DNA of 63,162 nucleotides, the filler included, from Ionaspis alba (lineage: Eukaryota): NCBI GenBank assembly GCA_964255285.1. It is 20 parts of 20 records of this genome, joined end to end, with 100 filler letters (N's around TTAATTAATTAA, not from the genome) between each part and the next. Parts side by side here need not be neighbours in the genome. Positions count along the whole stretch, not along the records: positions 1 to 3,158 come from CAXUUL010001225.1; positions 3,259 to 6,406 come from CAXUUL010001226.1; positions 6,507 to 9,651 come from CAXUUL010001227.1; positions 9,752 to 12,894 come from CAXUUL010001228.1; 16 more parts are not named here. One strand, written 5' to 3'. Made by a program: the position numbers and the translations under genes. Positions 1-11,683 of the stretch are shown here, piece by piece (the first letter of the stretch is position 1; every line of letters begins with the position of its first letter). Below the pieces are notes generated by a model that ran no database searches, was not told the origin of the DNA, and worked only from the letters and a program-made list of their open reading frames with translations.

Positions 1-684
1 CAAACTTCGAAGTCAGCCGCTCAATCGGTTTGTGCGAACGTGGACATGAAGGAAATGGTTGATAAGATCACTGGCTCCGAATCGAACGATTCGGAGCGCT
101 TGTTCGTAGATGATTCGCCAATTCGTGCCCCGCCAACACCACCCAGCCATTCATTCGAGGAGCTCTCCGTCCGAGACGTAGGAAACGATACAAGCTACGG
201 GCTTTTCGGCACAGCGACTGCCCGGGAACTAGTCCACAGGCTAGACTCGAACATGGGAGCCACTCCACCAAAGCAATCTTCGCTGGCAGGGACACCGCGG
301 CCAATACTACCCAGCATCTTCAATTCTCCCTTTGCTCCGCAACCGGATGAAGTATATTCGCGTCCTGGAACGGCTAAAGGTCTGCCTTCACCAAAGCTCA
401 TGGTGAGTCGGCAGCAACCGGAATCGAGCATAAGTAGTATGCAAGATCCGAGCAGCATGTTTCAGTCGAATACGCCCCAATATGATTATTCCAATGGATT
501 CTTCCAACCTCAGCCATTCGGCAACGCCAACCACGACGCTCAAGGGAGCCCTTCTCTGGTGAATCCATATGGCAACGCGTTCGGCGATAGTCCGTTTGGT
601 CGTGGTACAACTTCTTCGGGATTTGCAAGTCAGTATAACAGACTTTTCTATGATCCTCTACCCAAACGTGTCTTGTCGGAATGA
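1..684 (+). CDS. 3' end of a protein with a low-complexity S/P/Q-rich tail (5' truncated); weak resemblance to fungal Est1/Ebs1(SMG7)-like tails
   Basis: Frame open from base 1 to TGA at 682-684. Short islands DTSYGLFGTATARELV and LPSIFNSPFAP. Family guess is recollection only. Confidence 0.4.
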   Translation, partial: QTSKSAAQSVCANVDMKEMVDKITGSESNDSERLFVDDSPIRAPPTPPSHSFEELSVRDVGNDTSYGLFGTATARELVHRLDSNMGATPPKQSSLAGTPRPILPSIFNSPFAPQPDEVYSRPGTAKGLPSPKLMVSRQQPESSISSMQDPSSMFQSNTPQYDYSNGFFQPQPFGNANHDAQGSPSLVNPYGNAFGDSPFGRGTTSSGFASQYNRLFYDPLPKRVLSE

Positions 685-1127
685 AGCAGCGAATAGAAGT
701 TACGCAAAATTGCGGATCCTCCACAACATAATACTTTGCGTCCCCACTTTCTCTTTGTGCAACGATGAGTTTGATATTTCTCTTCGAGTTGCGGAGACTG
801 ACGAATATCAACTAGAACGCCATCCTTTTCCAGTGCAGACACCTCCGAATGGTCAGGGTGGTGGATGAGACGACGAATGCTCAAATCACGTATTGAGCTC
901 GAATCAACTCTTCCATTGCCACAAGCAACAATGCTTGGCCTTCGTCTATAAATCAGAGTGCAGCAAATGGCCAAATCTAATCTAGTCTAAGCTACATCGT
1001 GGATCGTGGAGGATCATCACTTCATGCTGTTCATGCCATCCCATACCAGCGCGGCCCCGTCTATTTTCCGACGCGCTTTTCAGTTGTTGAAACCCAAGAA
1101 CGCCTCGCTATATCTCCCGATCTGCGT

Positions 1128-2669
1128 CTATGAGGAGGATTTGGTGGATGACTGATAGGTCTGTTTTGGGAAGGGGTAGCTGTTGGAAGAGGAAGTTAAA
1201 GAGTCAGCCGTAAGAAGTAGAATGTTTCAAATTGTTTGCGCCTCGTGGTATGCATGCTCGAAATTTGTTTACAAAAATGGAAATTTTGTTGTTGAAACAG
1301 ATATGTATTCTGTATTTTCCAGGGAATGGTAGGAAGAGGGAACGGAACAGAAACACATACGATGGACCTAGTTCTTTGATACTCAGACTTGCAAGCCAGT
1401 GACCCATATCCACACACTCCTCCAGTGGCTTACCCTCCACAAGGCCAGCCAAAAAACCTCCTGCAAACGCGTCCCTAAATAGTCTCAAATTAGTCAAAGT
1501 TCCTCTAACATCCCTTAAACCCTAACTAAGACTTGATATCACTCACCCAGCACCATTAGTATCACAAATCTCCTCCTTCCCAATCTCCTTAACCCCATAA
1601 GCCCTCAAATTCTCCTCCCCTTGCACCGCTACAACCGTCTCCTCAGTCCCCTGCGTCACGATCACAACCCTCTTCCTCTGCTTATTCACCTTCGGCAACT
1701 CCGCCATATGCCTTGCCACCTCCCTGACACTCTTCCCCTGTAGGCCATGTCCCTCCGCATACGCCGCAACCTCCGTCTCGTTCCCAACCACATAATCCCA
1801 GTACCCCGCCGTCTCATCCAACGCATCCTTAAAAAACTGTGGAATAAACGGCGCGCTCAAACTCAACATAAAAACCTTGTTCTCCCTCGCCGCCTCCTCC
1901 GCCAATGCCATGACGGCTGGCGGGCAGACGGTCAGATGGTATCCGCCCACGAAATAGAATTTTGCCTGTTGGACGAGTTTCCAGATCTCGGGACTCTTGA
2001 GGTGGTCGATTTTGTACTCGTTCGCGGCGGCCAAATGCGTCACCATGCTGCGGTCGTGACCGGTGATTATTACGCCGCATCGTCCTGTGGGGACTTTGGC
2101 GTCGACGAGGTATTCGGTGCGCAGACCGGCGGCGGTACAGGCGGAACGCAGGATGTCGGCGTATTTGTCGGCGCCGACACAGCCGATGTAGAGGACTGAG
2201 GAAGGGGGAAGGATGTACTGGTGGGAGGAGGTTTAGCAGGATCATTCTGAAACGGCGTCGGATGTGAGAAAACCAGGTTCTGGGGGAGGAGGAGGAGTGG
2301 AGAAGCGACTGGGGGGAAGAAGGGTACCTGGGCACCGCGAGCTGTGTTTTGTGCTGCTCCGCCGGCGATCAGTTTGGCGTTGTGATTCTGGAGTAGATCC
2401 TCGTAAAGGCCCATGTGTTTTTCCTCGGCGAGGATGGCGTCGTTGGCTTTGACGCCGTACTTTTCGAGGAGGGCGGCATCTCTGTGTTGAGACTTAACAA
2501 TCTCACTGGTTTGCAGGTCGAAACTTCATGGAAGGATTGGGCTTACCCTTGGCCCTGGATGTCTGGTTGTGGAGTGTCGTTAGCAGTGGAAAAGGCATGC
2601 TCTGTGGGCCGGTCTACCTAGAAGCGGGTTCTCAAGACAGAGAAGTGTGTATTCTTGCTTCGCTGCCAT
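1128..2669 (-). CDS. ADO1: Adenosine kinase (PfkB family), 6 exons
   Basis: Exons 2618-2669, 2547-2562, 2328-2481, 1547-2217, 1361-1474, 1128-1179 join in frame via GT-AG introns. Motifs LCLENPLLDI, GGAAQNTARG, DTNGAGDAFAGGF. Confidence 0.96.
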
Positions 2670-3158
2670 CTTTAAGGTTCTTCTTACTGCTCAATGGATC
2701 GAAGTAGAGGTTGATGACCGGGGAGGCATTAGCGGCGGGATGGATCTAGAAAATTTTGGATTCGTTTGCCGGTCACAGCCAATGACGCACTCGCGTTCCC
2801 TTCCACGAACTCCTTCTCGTCTGTGCAGGCATTGACGATCTAAGACGCTATAGACGATTTTCTGCATTATTTGGACATACAATCGTTGATTCGGTTTTTA
2901 TACAGCTATTGTTATTTGGAGGCCACCTGTGAGGCCAACTGCTCGTCTTGAACGGCTTTTCTCATCATCTGCATTGTACTTGTGCTGAGACTATCATGTT
3001 GCTGGGCCATTTCAAAGGAATCTAGTAATCGAGTCATGTACCCGATCGTAGTGATGTCGATCTTGCCTGGCTGATGCCCAATTCTCCCCTCATCCTAGGA
3101 AGTCATGTGGCATTCAATCTCTCAAATTCCTGTGTCAAGTAGATGACTGACAAAGAAA

Positions 3159-3258
3159 NNNNNNNNNNNNNNNNNNNNNNNNNNNNNNNNNNNNNNNNNN
3201 NNTTAATTAATTAANNNNNNNNNNNNNNNNNNNNNNNNNNNNNNNNNNNNNNNNNNNN
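3159..3258. other. Artificial contig spacer (44 N + TTAATTAATTAA + 44 N), first of 19
   Basis: Identical spacers start at 3159, 6407, 9652, 12895, 16122, 19340, 22546, 25743, 28922, 32086, 35234, 38363, 41491, 44617, 47736, 50845, 53953, 57029, 60099. The core has stops in all six frames. Confidence 0.99.
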
Positions 3259-3743
3259 CTTGGAGCTGAGTTATACGTGGCTAGGGAAGAGTGTTTTTCG
3301 TTCTGGGATTTCATGGCGTATCCGTGCAGATGCTACGCTGTGATTAGACTGACCGGGAGGATGAAGTGGATCCGGATTGTACATAATTTTTCCACCTGTT
3401 GTTATATTTCTTTGTGAGGAGAGTGATTAGCATGATTTAATTTCAGCTTAGAGCATGAGACCAGTGGAAGATAGAGATGTAACGATCCAATGACCAGATA
3501 TCATAAACAGGAGAAGTGAGGTTTCTTATTGATTGTTAAACATGGGTCACTTCGAGCTCTTCGTTCAATACCCAGTGCCCTAAACCGGAATCTGCCGATC
3601 CCGTTCCTAGGAAGTACGGTCACGGTCCCCAGCCAAGTTGTCCGTCCTTTGGTGGGCTACATCGACTGCCGGTATCTGGCAGCGATGTAGTGTTTTAACT
3701 AGCGGTTTAGATGCTAAGCATAAAGGTAGACTTTGTCTCTCCT

Positions 3744-6014
3744 TCAAGGATTGGACATAATGAGCCAGCTAGTTCCAAATAATTGATTTGCCTGTACCGC
3801 GCAGTCGTAGATACTAGCGTTTCCTTGAACGATACAGTAAAGGGCGCTCGCATCTGTGGTTCCAAAACGCATGAAATCCGCCATAGGATCACCACTATAG
3901 CTTGCAATCGCTCTGGCATCTGACGGAGCATAATCGAGATCTTGTTGGTTCAGCCGCAATTCGCTTGATCCCGGTTTCTTGAATTGTAACTGCCGAAGGT
4001 TACAGGATATGCAGTCCTGCAGCTGATCTTCCAATGGCCGATTCGATGGTTTAGCTCGCGCCGCCAAAGCAAATGCCACAAGGGCTATAGAAACTGCTGT
4101 AGAAATATCACCTGTACTCGGCTGAGTGCAGTGCAGGTAGATTCCAGCGCGGTCACTCCTTAGCGATATCTGAAAGGGGTGATGGTTGTTGATCATTAGA
4201 GAAGGACATTGGGATGTGAGAGAATTCTCTTCGTATAAACTGAACGTCTCGATCTTCCTGCTCCTCGCTGGCAAATATGAGAAAGGAGCCTCCCGAAGAT
4301 GCGTTCGTCTACTGTCTTTCCATTTCAGACTTCCAGGTAGAACAACAATCTCAAATGCTTCTGCGGGTGTTTTCGGTATTTCAAAAAGACCTCTGTAGAA
4401 CGCCACCTGACCACTGAAAGAGAACGCAAGGAGTGAAGGAGGAGGCATATTCCGGTTCATTGTGTATTCATCCAGAGTCTCGAGACTATGCAGCGTGTAA
4501 TTAAAGTATTCTGTCGCACTCACTGTCGATAGATAAGAAGAAAGCAGGGCGCTCAAAGGCCAAGGATTGATGATTTGCAGATTGTTTTGATCGTCTAGAA
4601 CATCTAGGAGAAGTGGGCTTTGACGATATCCTGTGAAACTATGCTGGGTAGCTTGTCTCAAGAGAAGTCGAGCGACATGAAGGGCAAGATTCACAATTCG
4701 ACCATTTTTTCTCTTTTCCCGATTTTCCATATCAAGTGCCCCATTAAGCTCGACGCTGTCAAGGTGTCGAGTCACATCAAGCCAAGTCAATCTCTCCATA
4801 GGTTTAATGAGTGAAGTGAACCTCTTGTTTCCCAGATATGATGAGATTTCTGCAACGTGACTCCGGTCATTCGTGGAAGGTGGCCAACCAAAAGCTGTAA
4901 ATAATGGATCTAGCTCTAATTCAAATGATGGTCGACAGATGGCACGCAGGCAAAGATCCCCAGTTCGTTCTTCTTGGTTCTTCCTCCGTGTCGCATATCC
5001 CGTTAGCCACAGATGGTCCAATCCTGCGAGAAGAAATCCGGATGCCAGTATGCGAGCAATTTGCAGATCAGCTTTGGTTAAAGAAGCTTGAACAGATAGT
5101 CTTGACATCGAATATACCATCTCATCCGAAACCATATCTGGCAAAGAATCACGCATATATTCGTCCGAAAAGTTGACCTGGATAGGACTGTAAAGTTGAT
5201 CGGCTGCATACCAGTGCTCCAGAGTCCAGGGATCAACTCCTTCACCTTGCCGCAGTATCAAGCAAATCTTAGCAGCAGAATTTCCTACTATGACCTCGCC
5301 ACAAGCGTTCAGAACGGCAACGTCTTTGGGGCACAGCCAGCACAATATGCTAATGAACCAGATGGCGGACCGTTGACCTGTGACTTTAAGCTGTCGGACT
5401 GCACTGTCTCTCAGAGCAGTGAAAATGGCAAGCAATATCTGAGAGGCTTCGTCGGGGAGAACCGGCATATAATATTCTGGGCAGTTCAGATTTTGCAAAG
5501 CAAGGTTCTCCACAATTGGGCTAATGATTTTGCTCGCAGCGAATTCATTGGATAGCAGATTCACGCTGTGACCTTCGATTGATTGTATGAGAGTACACAG
5601 CTGCGTACTCGAAACAGGGGTTGTATCCAGACCTCTTGATTGTGCCAGCATCTCGTAAAGCACATCGGCAATATCAGTTGCGGGCAAATGTAGTTTCAAG
5701 ACAGATATCAAAAGAAAGGTCTTCGTTGCAGCTGTTGATTGTCGGAGTTGACTGGATATTCCTCCTGATGAGATACCGAACTGTAGTTTTATGCTGTGGA
5801 GTCGATAGCTTTTGGAGCCTCCCAGGGCATCCACGGCCTTGCCAATAAGATACGGATCCACGATCATATGAGATCCCAAAGCCTCGACCGCGTAAACCGC
5901 TGCAGGCTGAACATCGTCTACAGTAGCTGCACGTATGAGTTCCAACGCCTTCCCGGAAGCACTAAAAATTGAAGACCCAATATCCCATTGAGTTTGAATT
6001 GGCGTCAAGGCCAT
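3744..6014 (-). CDS. Uncharacterised 756-aa intronless protein; homolog of 45417-47591
   Basis: Long ATG-to-stop ORF. N-terminal W-x-I...AAT-x-D-x-VQP-x-A-x-x-A-x-E-x-x-G motif shared with the 45417 ORF. Confidence 0.85.
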   Translation of the reverse strand: MALTPIQTQWDIGSSIFSASGKALELIRAATVDDVQPAAVYAVEALGSHMIVDPYLIGKAVDALGGSKSYRLHSIKLQFGISSGGISSQLRQSTAATKTFLLISVLKLHLPATDIADVLYEMLAQSRGLDTTPVSSTQLCTLIQSIEGHSVNLLSNEFAASKIISPIVENLALQNLNCPEYYMPVLPDEASQILLAIFTALRDSAVRQLKVTGQRSAIWFISILCWLCPKDVAVLNACGEVIVGNSAAKICLILRQGEGVDPWTLEHWYAADQLYSPIQVNFSDEYMRDSLPDMVSDEMVYSMSRLSVQASLTKADLQIARILASGFLLAGLDHLWLTGYATRRKNQEERTGDLCLRAICRPSFELELDPLFTAFGWPPSTNDRSHVAEISSYLGNKRFTSLIKPMERLTWLDVTRHLDSVELNGALDMENREKRKNGRIVNLALHVARLLLRQATQHSFTGYRQSPLLLDVLDDQNNLQIINPWPLSALLSSYLSTVSATEYFNYTLHSLETLDEYTMNRNMPPPSLLAFSFSGQVAFYRGLFEIPKTPAEAFEIVVLPGSLKWKDSRRTHLREAPFSYLPARSRKIETFSLYEENSLTSQCPSLMINNHHPFQISLRSDRAGIYLHCTQPSTGDISTAVSIALVAFALAARAKPSNRPLEDQLQDCISCNLRQLQFKKPGSSELRLNQQDLDYAPSDARAIASYSGDPMADFMRFGTTDASALYCIVQGNASIYDCAVQANQLFGTSWLIMSNP

Positions 6015-6506
6015 TCTGTAGCATGTAGGACCTTCAGTGGTGGTTGGCAGTCAGGAACAGGACTAGCGGGAGAATATAAGTTTTGGTCGTAAGAGGTTCT
6101 CCATATGCACAGGTCAGATCTTCAACAGGATGACATTTACTTACAGCAGAAAGGGAAGGAATCTTGACCATCCTAAAGCAACTTGCACTGATAGCGGGGC
6201 AAGCACGGAATGGAGGGTGTGACATACGTTGGATTGGCTATCCGGCATGCAACTCAGCGGCAAAGCAATTTCTAGTTGCACAATACACACCAGCAAAATC
6301 AAGTTTCTGTTCTCCGGAATATACCCATCGGGAAAGGAAACGTCAAACGGCACCTTCTAATTGTCGTCTCCTTGTTTGATAAAATTTCTCCAGGCAATTC
6401 CTTCGTNNNNNNNNNNNNNNNNNNNNNNNNNNNNNNNNNNNNNNNNNNNNTTAATTAATTAANNNNNNNNNNNNNNNNNNNNNNNNNNNNNNNNNNNNNN
6501 NNNNNN

Positions 6507-6818
6507 CTCCACAACCCCTTCCCAACCCCCTAATCCCTCTCCGACACTCCTCTCCCCACATATCCCATCGAACTCCGCCATACACCGCTGCTCGATCTGT
6601 CCCACCACCTGGCTCCATAATCCCTTCAGTAGCTCGGGTCGCTGCGATGCAGGAGTCGGGAAACAGGATGCGAAATTGGCGTAGGAACAGCTGCGTAGGG
6701 TGTGTGATATCGCGTTTTTGTAGAGGTTTGTCAGTGTTGTGAATAGTGGTCCTGGGGATGTGGTGGACGGTGCTGGGGGAAGTGGGGAGGGTGAACGGGG
6801 GCTGTCGGCTGATGGCAT
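6507..6818 (-). CDS. NNF1: Kinetochore MIND complex subunit Nnf1 (3' truncated)
   Basis: MPSADSP...PGP...LY..AISHTLRSCSYANFASCFPTPA...EFDGICGERSV matches the fungal Nnf1 pattern. Confidence 0.8.
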
Positions 6819-7753
6819 TGAGACGTGTCGCTGATACAAACAATTGCTCGACAGTAGGCTCAAGAGCTTCAATGTCCGCTGCGCCGTTGCGAGGAAGTAA
6901 GCTGGCGATGAAATGGTGATTGCGACGGTAGATCAAAGGTTGTGTTTACTTTGAGCGCGATGCGGTCTGCCAAGATGGAGTGTCGCGCTAGTCAGCCACA
7001 TCGATTTGAGGCTCGTGACGATCTTGCCCTCGGTCAAGTCTCCTAGCCCTATCTAGGTCATAACAGAGTTGTCACTACAGGCTAACTGTCTTTGGAATTA
7101 ATGGCTTCGTTTTCTATTCACGTTGCTCGGTCGTTGGACATCAAAGGGTTACGGGAACCCCAAAGAACGAAGCACTTTAAGGCGACACGGCCTAGTTCCT
7201 CATCGTGTTCTTAGACCAAGATATTACATTGCATAATTGGACTCTTGCAGGCTTCCCTATACTGAATTCAGGCCTTGCAATCACCCAAGATTGAACCTGT
7301 GACAATGATCTAGACTAAATACTCCTCGGCTCAATGGTGTTGGAAGCGAGGGTAGGACAGTTTTAAAGAAGGCAGTAGTGTCTACAAGCAAGTGGCGCGC
7401 TGGAAGAGACGTAGCCGCCACATCATTGAAGACATTGACTTTGCACAGAAGTAGTCCAGTGACAAAGCAGCTGCCGAACTCAGAAAGTTTATGGCATAGG
7501 ACAGTTCATGGGAAACGAAAGACAACACTGAATATCTTCGATATCAACAGGTCGGATCTGTTAGATCAAGCACAATCAATGAAGAGAACAAGCCTAAGCT
7601 CTCAGAAGATTCGTCGAATCCCTCATGACGAGACGCCCTGCAAGCAGCCAGCGAGGCGACATCCTCGTGACCCTATAAAACGCCCTAGCAATGATGATGC
7701 ATTCCGGTGCCATCCAAAGTTCCTGCATGCATATTCCTTCGGTACACTGCCTC

Positions 7754-9651
7754 TCACTTCGCAGTCTTACTCTTTTTCTTTGGCCGATCCTCTTCTGGCG
7801 GATCCGAGTCTCCCCCTGCATCACCATTGGCATCTGCCATTTCCTCGTCCGAGCCACTGCTCTCATGTGCTGAATCATACTCTTCTGCTACATCTGATTC
7901 CGAGTCGGTCTGGAAGTCTTCATCCACACTCTCATCGTCCTCGTCGGCGCTTCCGCGATCTGCTCGTGGGGCAACAACTTCTTCGTCTGAGGAAGCCATG
8001 TCTTCGTCTTTGAGTGCTTGGGCAATGAGGGTGCTTGACTGTAAATTGTGTTAGTGGAAGAGGAAAGAGTCCAAGGCGAGGAAAACGTACATCGTCAAGC
8101 ATCTCGTTTCTCATTTTGAGTTTCTTGGCCTCAAAGAATTCTTCTAGGGGCTTCTGTTCTTCTCTGCGATGCTTGTGAGAATGAACGACACAATCCGGCG
8201 GGTTCTGGCTTACCTGTTGATGTTGCTGAACTGGTGCTCGCCTTGACCTCCTTTGAGAGTGATAGTGATGTCAAAAGTTCGACTGGCAGAAATGGCGCCA
8301 CCGACTCTTGACATAACAATGACGGAAATATTGTCGAATGAGATGTACTGAGCAGGCTTAGGTACAAACATAAAGCTCTTGTCCAGACAGAAAAGGTGCC
8401 CTTCGTTGGCTTTGACACTACATTTGACGCCGGATTGTTGATGATGGCTAGAATGATGTTAGCATGGTCTATGCAGTAGGTTGGGAGAACGAAAATGCGG
8501 GTCATACCTAACAAAGTCCTTCGATGGTGTTACCACCTTCTTACCAGCCAGACCACGGAAGACCTGTGCCACGATCGAGTGCAACGGTTGCTCATAATGT
8601 GACTGTAGCTTGCCCTTGTACTTCTCCTCAATCATCTCCCTATGAATTATCAGCAAGACATAACAGTCGAGACATTAGATCTCGTACTCAGTCATATTGA
8701 TATCGAGCTCCACCTCCTCTTCACGCTTGAACTGCATCACGAGGAAGGGATACCGTGTCTGTCCTTGACGAAGTGGTGGGTCAAGACCAATGCATATCAA
8801 AGTGTGAAGGTCATCCGGTTTTGGGAGTAGCATAAATTTCTTGATCGATTCGTATAGCACTTTGTAGTCGTAGGTCTTTCCGCGCATTCGGAACGATTTC
8901 TCGTACATATCGACATCGAAACGTCCTCTATAGAGATCATCAGCTTCCAATCCTAGTGAATTTGGAGATGGCTTGTACCTAGGCGTGAGATGTAGCACAT
9001 CCAAGAACGTAGCATATGTATCGCCAGCGACCTCGCCAATCTCCGCCTTGTCCATCAGGGTATCATAGAAGAGATTTGCAGCATTTTGTTCCTCGACAGC
9101 ATCTCCATCAACACTCTTGTCCTCACCGTCCTCTTCTTTCTTGGTTGTGGTAGCCGTTCCCGGTATGTAGAACCTCATCTCAGTCAGCTGGTCCCGAGCA
9201 CCTCCTGTCTTGCGTCCCTTCGCTCGTGCGCCTCCTAAGCTACCGTTGGTGCCAGTCTCGTTCCCATCCGCGGGTAATGAGAATTCTACCGAGACTTCAT
9301 TCTTGCCTGCCAGATTCGTATTTGAGATTTCGGAGTAAGGTATCTCGAATGCAGGTCTGTTCTGAACGTTGAAAGCAAGCTCCGCCTTGCCAAACTCCGC
9401 CTTCCCCCAGTTCCAGCCCCTCAGCGCATGCTCCTTGTTCTCGAGATTGATACCGTAAAAGAGTTTGAAGGCTTTGCTGATGCGATCGAACTCCTGGTAT
9501 ATTCAGGAAAGACGACCAGCGACTGTTCGTAGAGCCGAAGACTCACCTCTTGCTCAAAACCATCTAACTGTATGACACCTGAAGTCCTTGACAATATCTT
9601 TACTTCATATCCCCGAGCTGCGCGACTCCATTGTGCCCCTCCAATGTTGCT
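7754..9651 (-). CDS. POB3: FACT complex subunit Pob3/SSRP1 (5' truncated, multi-exon)
   Basis: Exons 9547-9651, 8979-9493, 8688-8927, 8508-8639, 8214-8447, 8091-8163, 7754-8038. Motifs LRGWNWGK, LTPRGRFDVDMY, LDPPLRQGQTRYPFLV. Acidic tail and no HMG box, as usual in fungi. Confidence 0.96.
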
Positions 9652-9751
9652 NNNNNNNNNNNNNNNNNNNNNNNNNNNNNNNNNNNNNNNNNNNNTTAAT
9701 TAATTAANNNNNNNNNNNNNNNNNNNNNNNNNNNNNNNNNNNNNNNNNNNN

Positions 9752-9912
9752 CTGGCGCGTTCGGTCTCGTCGCTGCATTGTGCGCATGGTGGGTCTTCCT
9801 CGCTCAGATGTTGGCGAGCGTCGACTTTCCTATTGCGTTACCGGTGGGGGATATGAGTGGACTCATCAAGGGAGCCAGTGAGAAGAAGGCGAAGGAGGAA
9901 TACTCGGCATAA
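9752..9912 (+). CDS. C-terminus of a GPR1/FUN34/YaaH (AlcS-like) membrane protein (5' truncated)
   Basis: Reads GAFGLVAALCAWWVFLAQMLASVDFPIALPVGDMSGLIKG...*. The WW..F...L.S.DFP..LPVGD pattern is typical of the family. Not in the ORF track. Confidence 0.75.
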
Positions 9913-11683
9913 AGTTATTACGCAGCGGTCTCTTGTGAGTCGAGTTCTTGAAGGAAGTCTGTTTTATCAATAGCCGGGGAGTATGGCACCGTTCTCTGTT
10001 TTACAGATATGACAGCCGGTGAGCTAAAGGGATGCTGCTTCTGTTTGCGTTAATGTACAATAATTGTGTACCATTCGTCATGAAGTGTCAGTGCTCGGCT
10101 AGGTACATTACATATCAAGTCTTTCTAAAACAGCTCGTGTAGCGCAGCTAAGGTAGCCATGGTCTTCCATAGTCGACTGCCACCAGTCATGAATATTGGA
10201 ACAGGATTGTGTGCTTGACAGATTTGTTCATCCTTTCAGGCCTCGTTCTATGTTATCCCATGGTATGAATCTCAAGACATGTGAGGATATGCCGTGGTGC
10301 CAGGAAGCGGCTGGCGTTTTGAGTTAGGGCTACTTGGTGTCTATACGAACCGAGAGATTGAGATCCGTTTTCAGCTTTGCTCTGCTATGGAAGTCAAATA
10401 GCCGCCAGTACTCGAGCATCCCAAAAGATAATAGCCAAACGGCAACGAAAATCCATGCCATTACCCTCAATTCATGCGCGTTCCTTAACCTTAGATCCCT
10501 CAGTCCCATCTTCCCTTCATTTGTTCTGACCCCAACGTCACCTCTATTAGTTCCTCGTTCTCAATCTCTTTTGTCAACATCGACAGAGGCAATATTTGCT
10601 TAGGGAATTAATGAATTTACATCTGACTCCGGAAAGTGTGTGGCCACCTGATTGCAAGCTCAATGGACTGTTCAGTCTTTCTAACGTGGCCAGGAGGTTA
10701 GGAAATCCAGGAATGCAGCACATTCAGCGACTGTCCATGCAAGAATTATCAAACATGCATACGAAAGAAAAGCAACTATTCTCCAATTGGTTATGATGCT
10801 TATTTTATTCTGGTGGCAACCGATATCGCTGTCAAGGGGCTCATCAATTCAACTCTCTACCGTGCAGTTCGTCCCGAGCGTCCTCGTGCCGAAGACCAGA
10901 CAGTTCCAGAGACTAGTTTGGTCACGGCGGGAAAAGCAGCAGAGCCTGATATGGACCGCATGAAGTGGCATTCATTGATGTACGACAGATTAGGAAAGGG
11001 AAATGCGGTGTGATGTGAAAATTGTCCCAAGATCGAGCGCTGCGCCACCTACATTGTTGTTTCCCCAGGAGAGTAGATGAGTTCGATCTGGATGCGAGCC
11101 GAACATACCGAGAATTCCTCTCTTCTCGACCGACCACGAGGCGAGCTTTAGATAGAAGTCAACGCTGCATCTCTACACCCATCTGATCCCGAACATGTAG
11201 CAGCATCGTTATGTACGTGCTGCAGTTCACAAGAAAATCAAGGCACTAACTACATAGAGCTTCGGGGGCTGGAACTCGGCCCAACTCACCTAGCGTCCCG
11301 CATAATCTTCCCCACCAAAAGCGCCCAAAGATGTCCACCATCTAAAGCTGCATCCTCCTCGACTTCATCTCAACTCACCGCCTCTTTTTTTCCCTTTCAC
11401 AGACCAATTGCTCCACTTCATTTGCAGAGCCTCTTTCCAGTCTCATCTCGAGGTGCAGATATATTGAATAGAGGCTACTGCAGCCACAGGAGCTGTAGCA
11501 CACCAATAGACGGCCGGTTCCTGACCCTTCCACGTCACAGAGCACCAATCATCGGCTCATTTTTTCCACGTTCCGCACAGACAATAGATCTGTTACTTTT
11601 CCCATCAATTTCTCTCTTTTCCTCTTCATAGCCTTGCTACACTTCCTACAAATCAACAAAGCTCATAGAACGGTCAATTCAAG

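Noticed and set aside
7378..8013. 211-aa + strand ORF
   Set aside because: Non-ATG start, largely the antisense shadow of the acidic POB3 tail, and no protein-like features.
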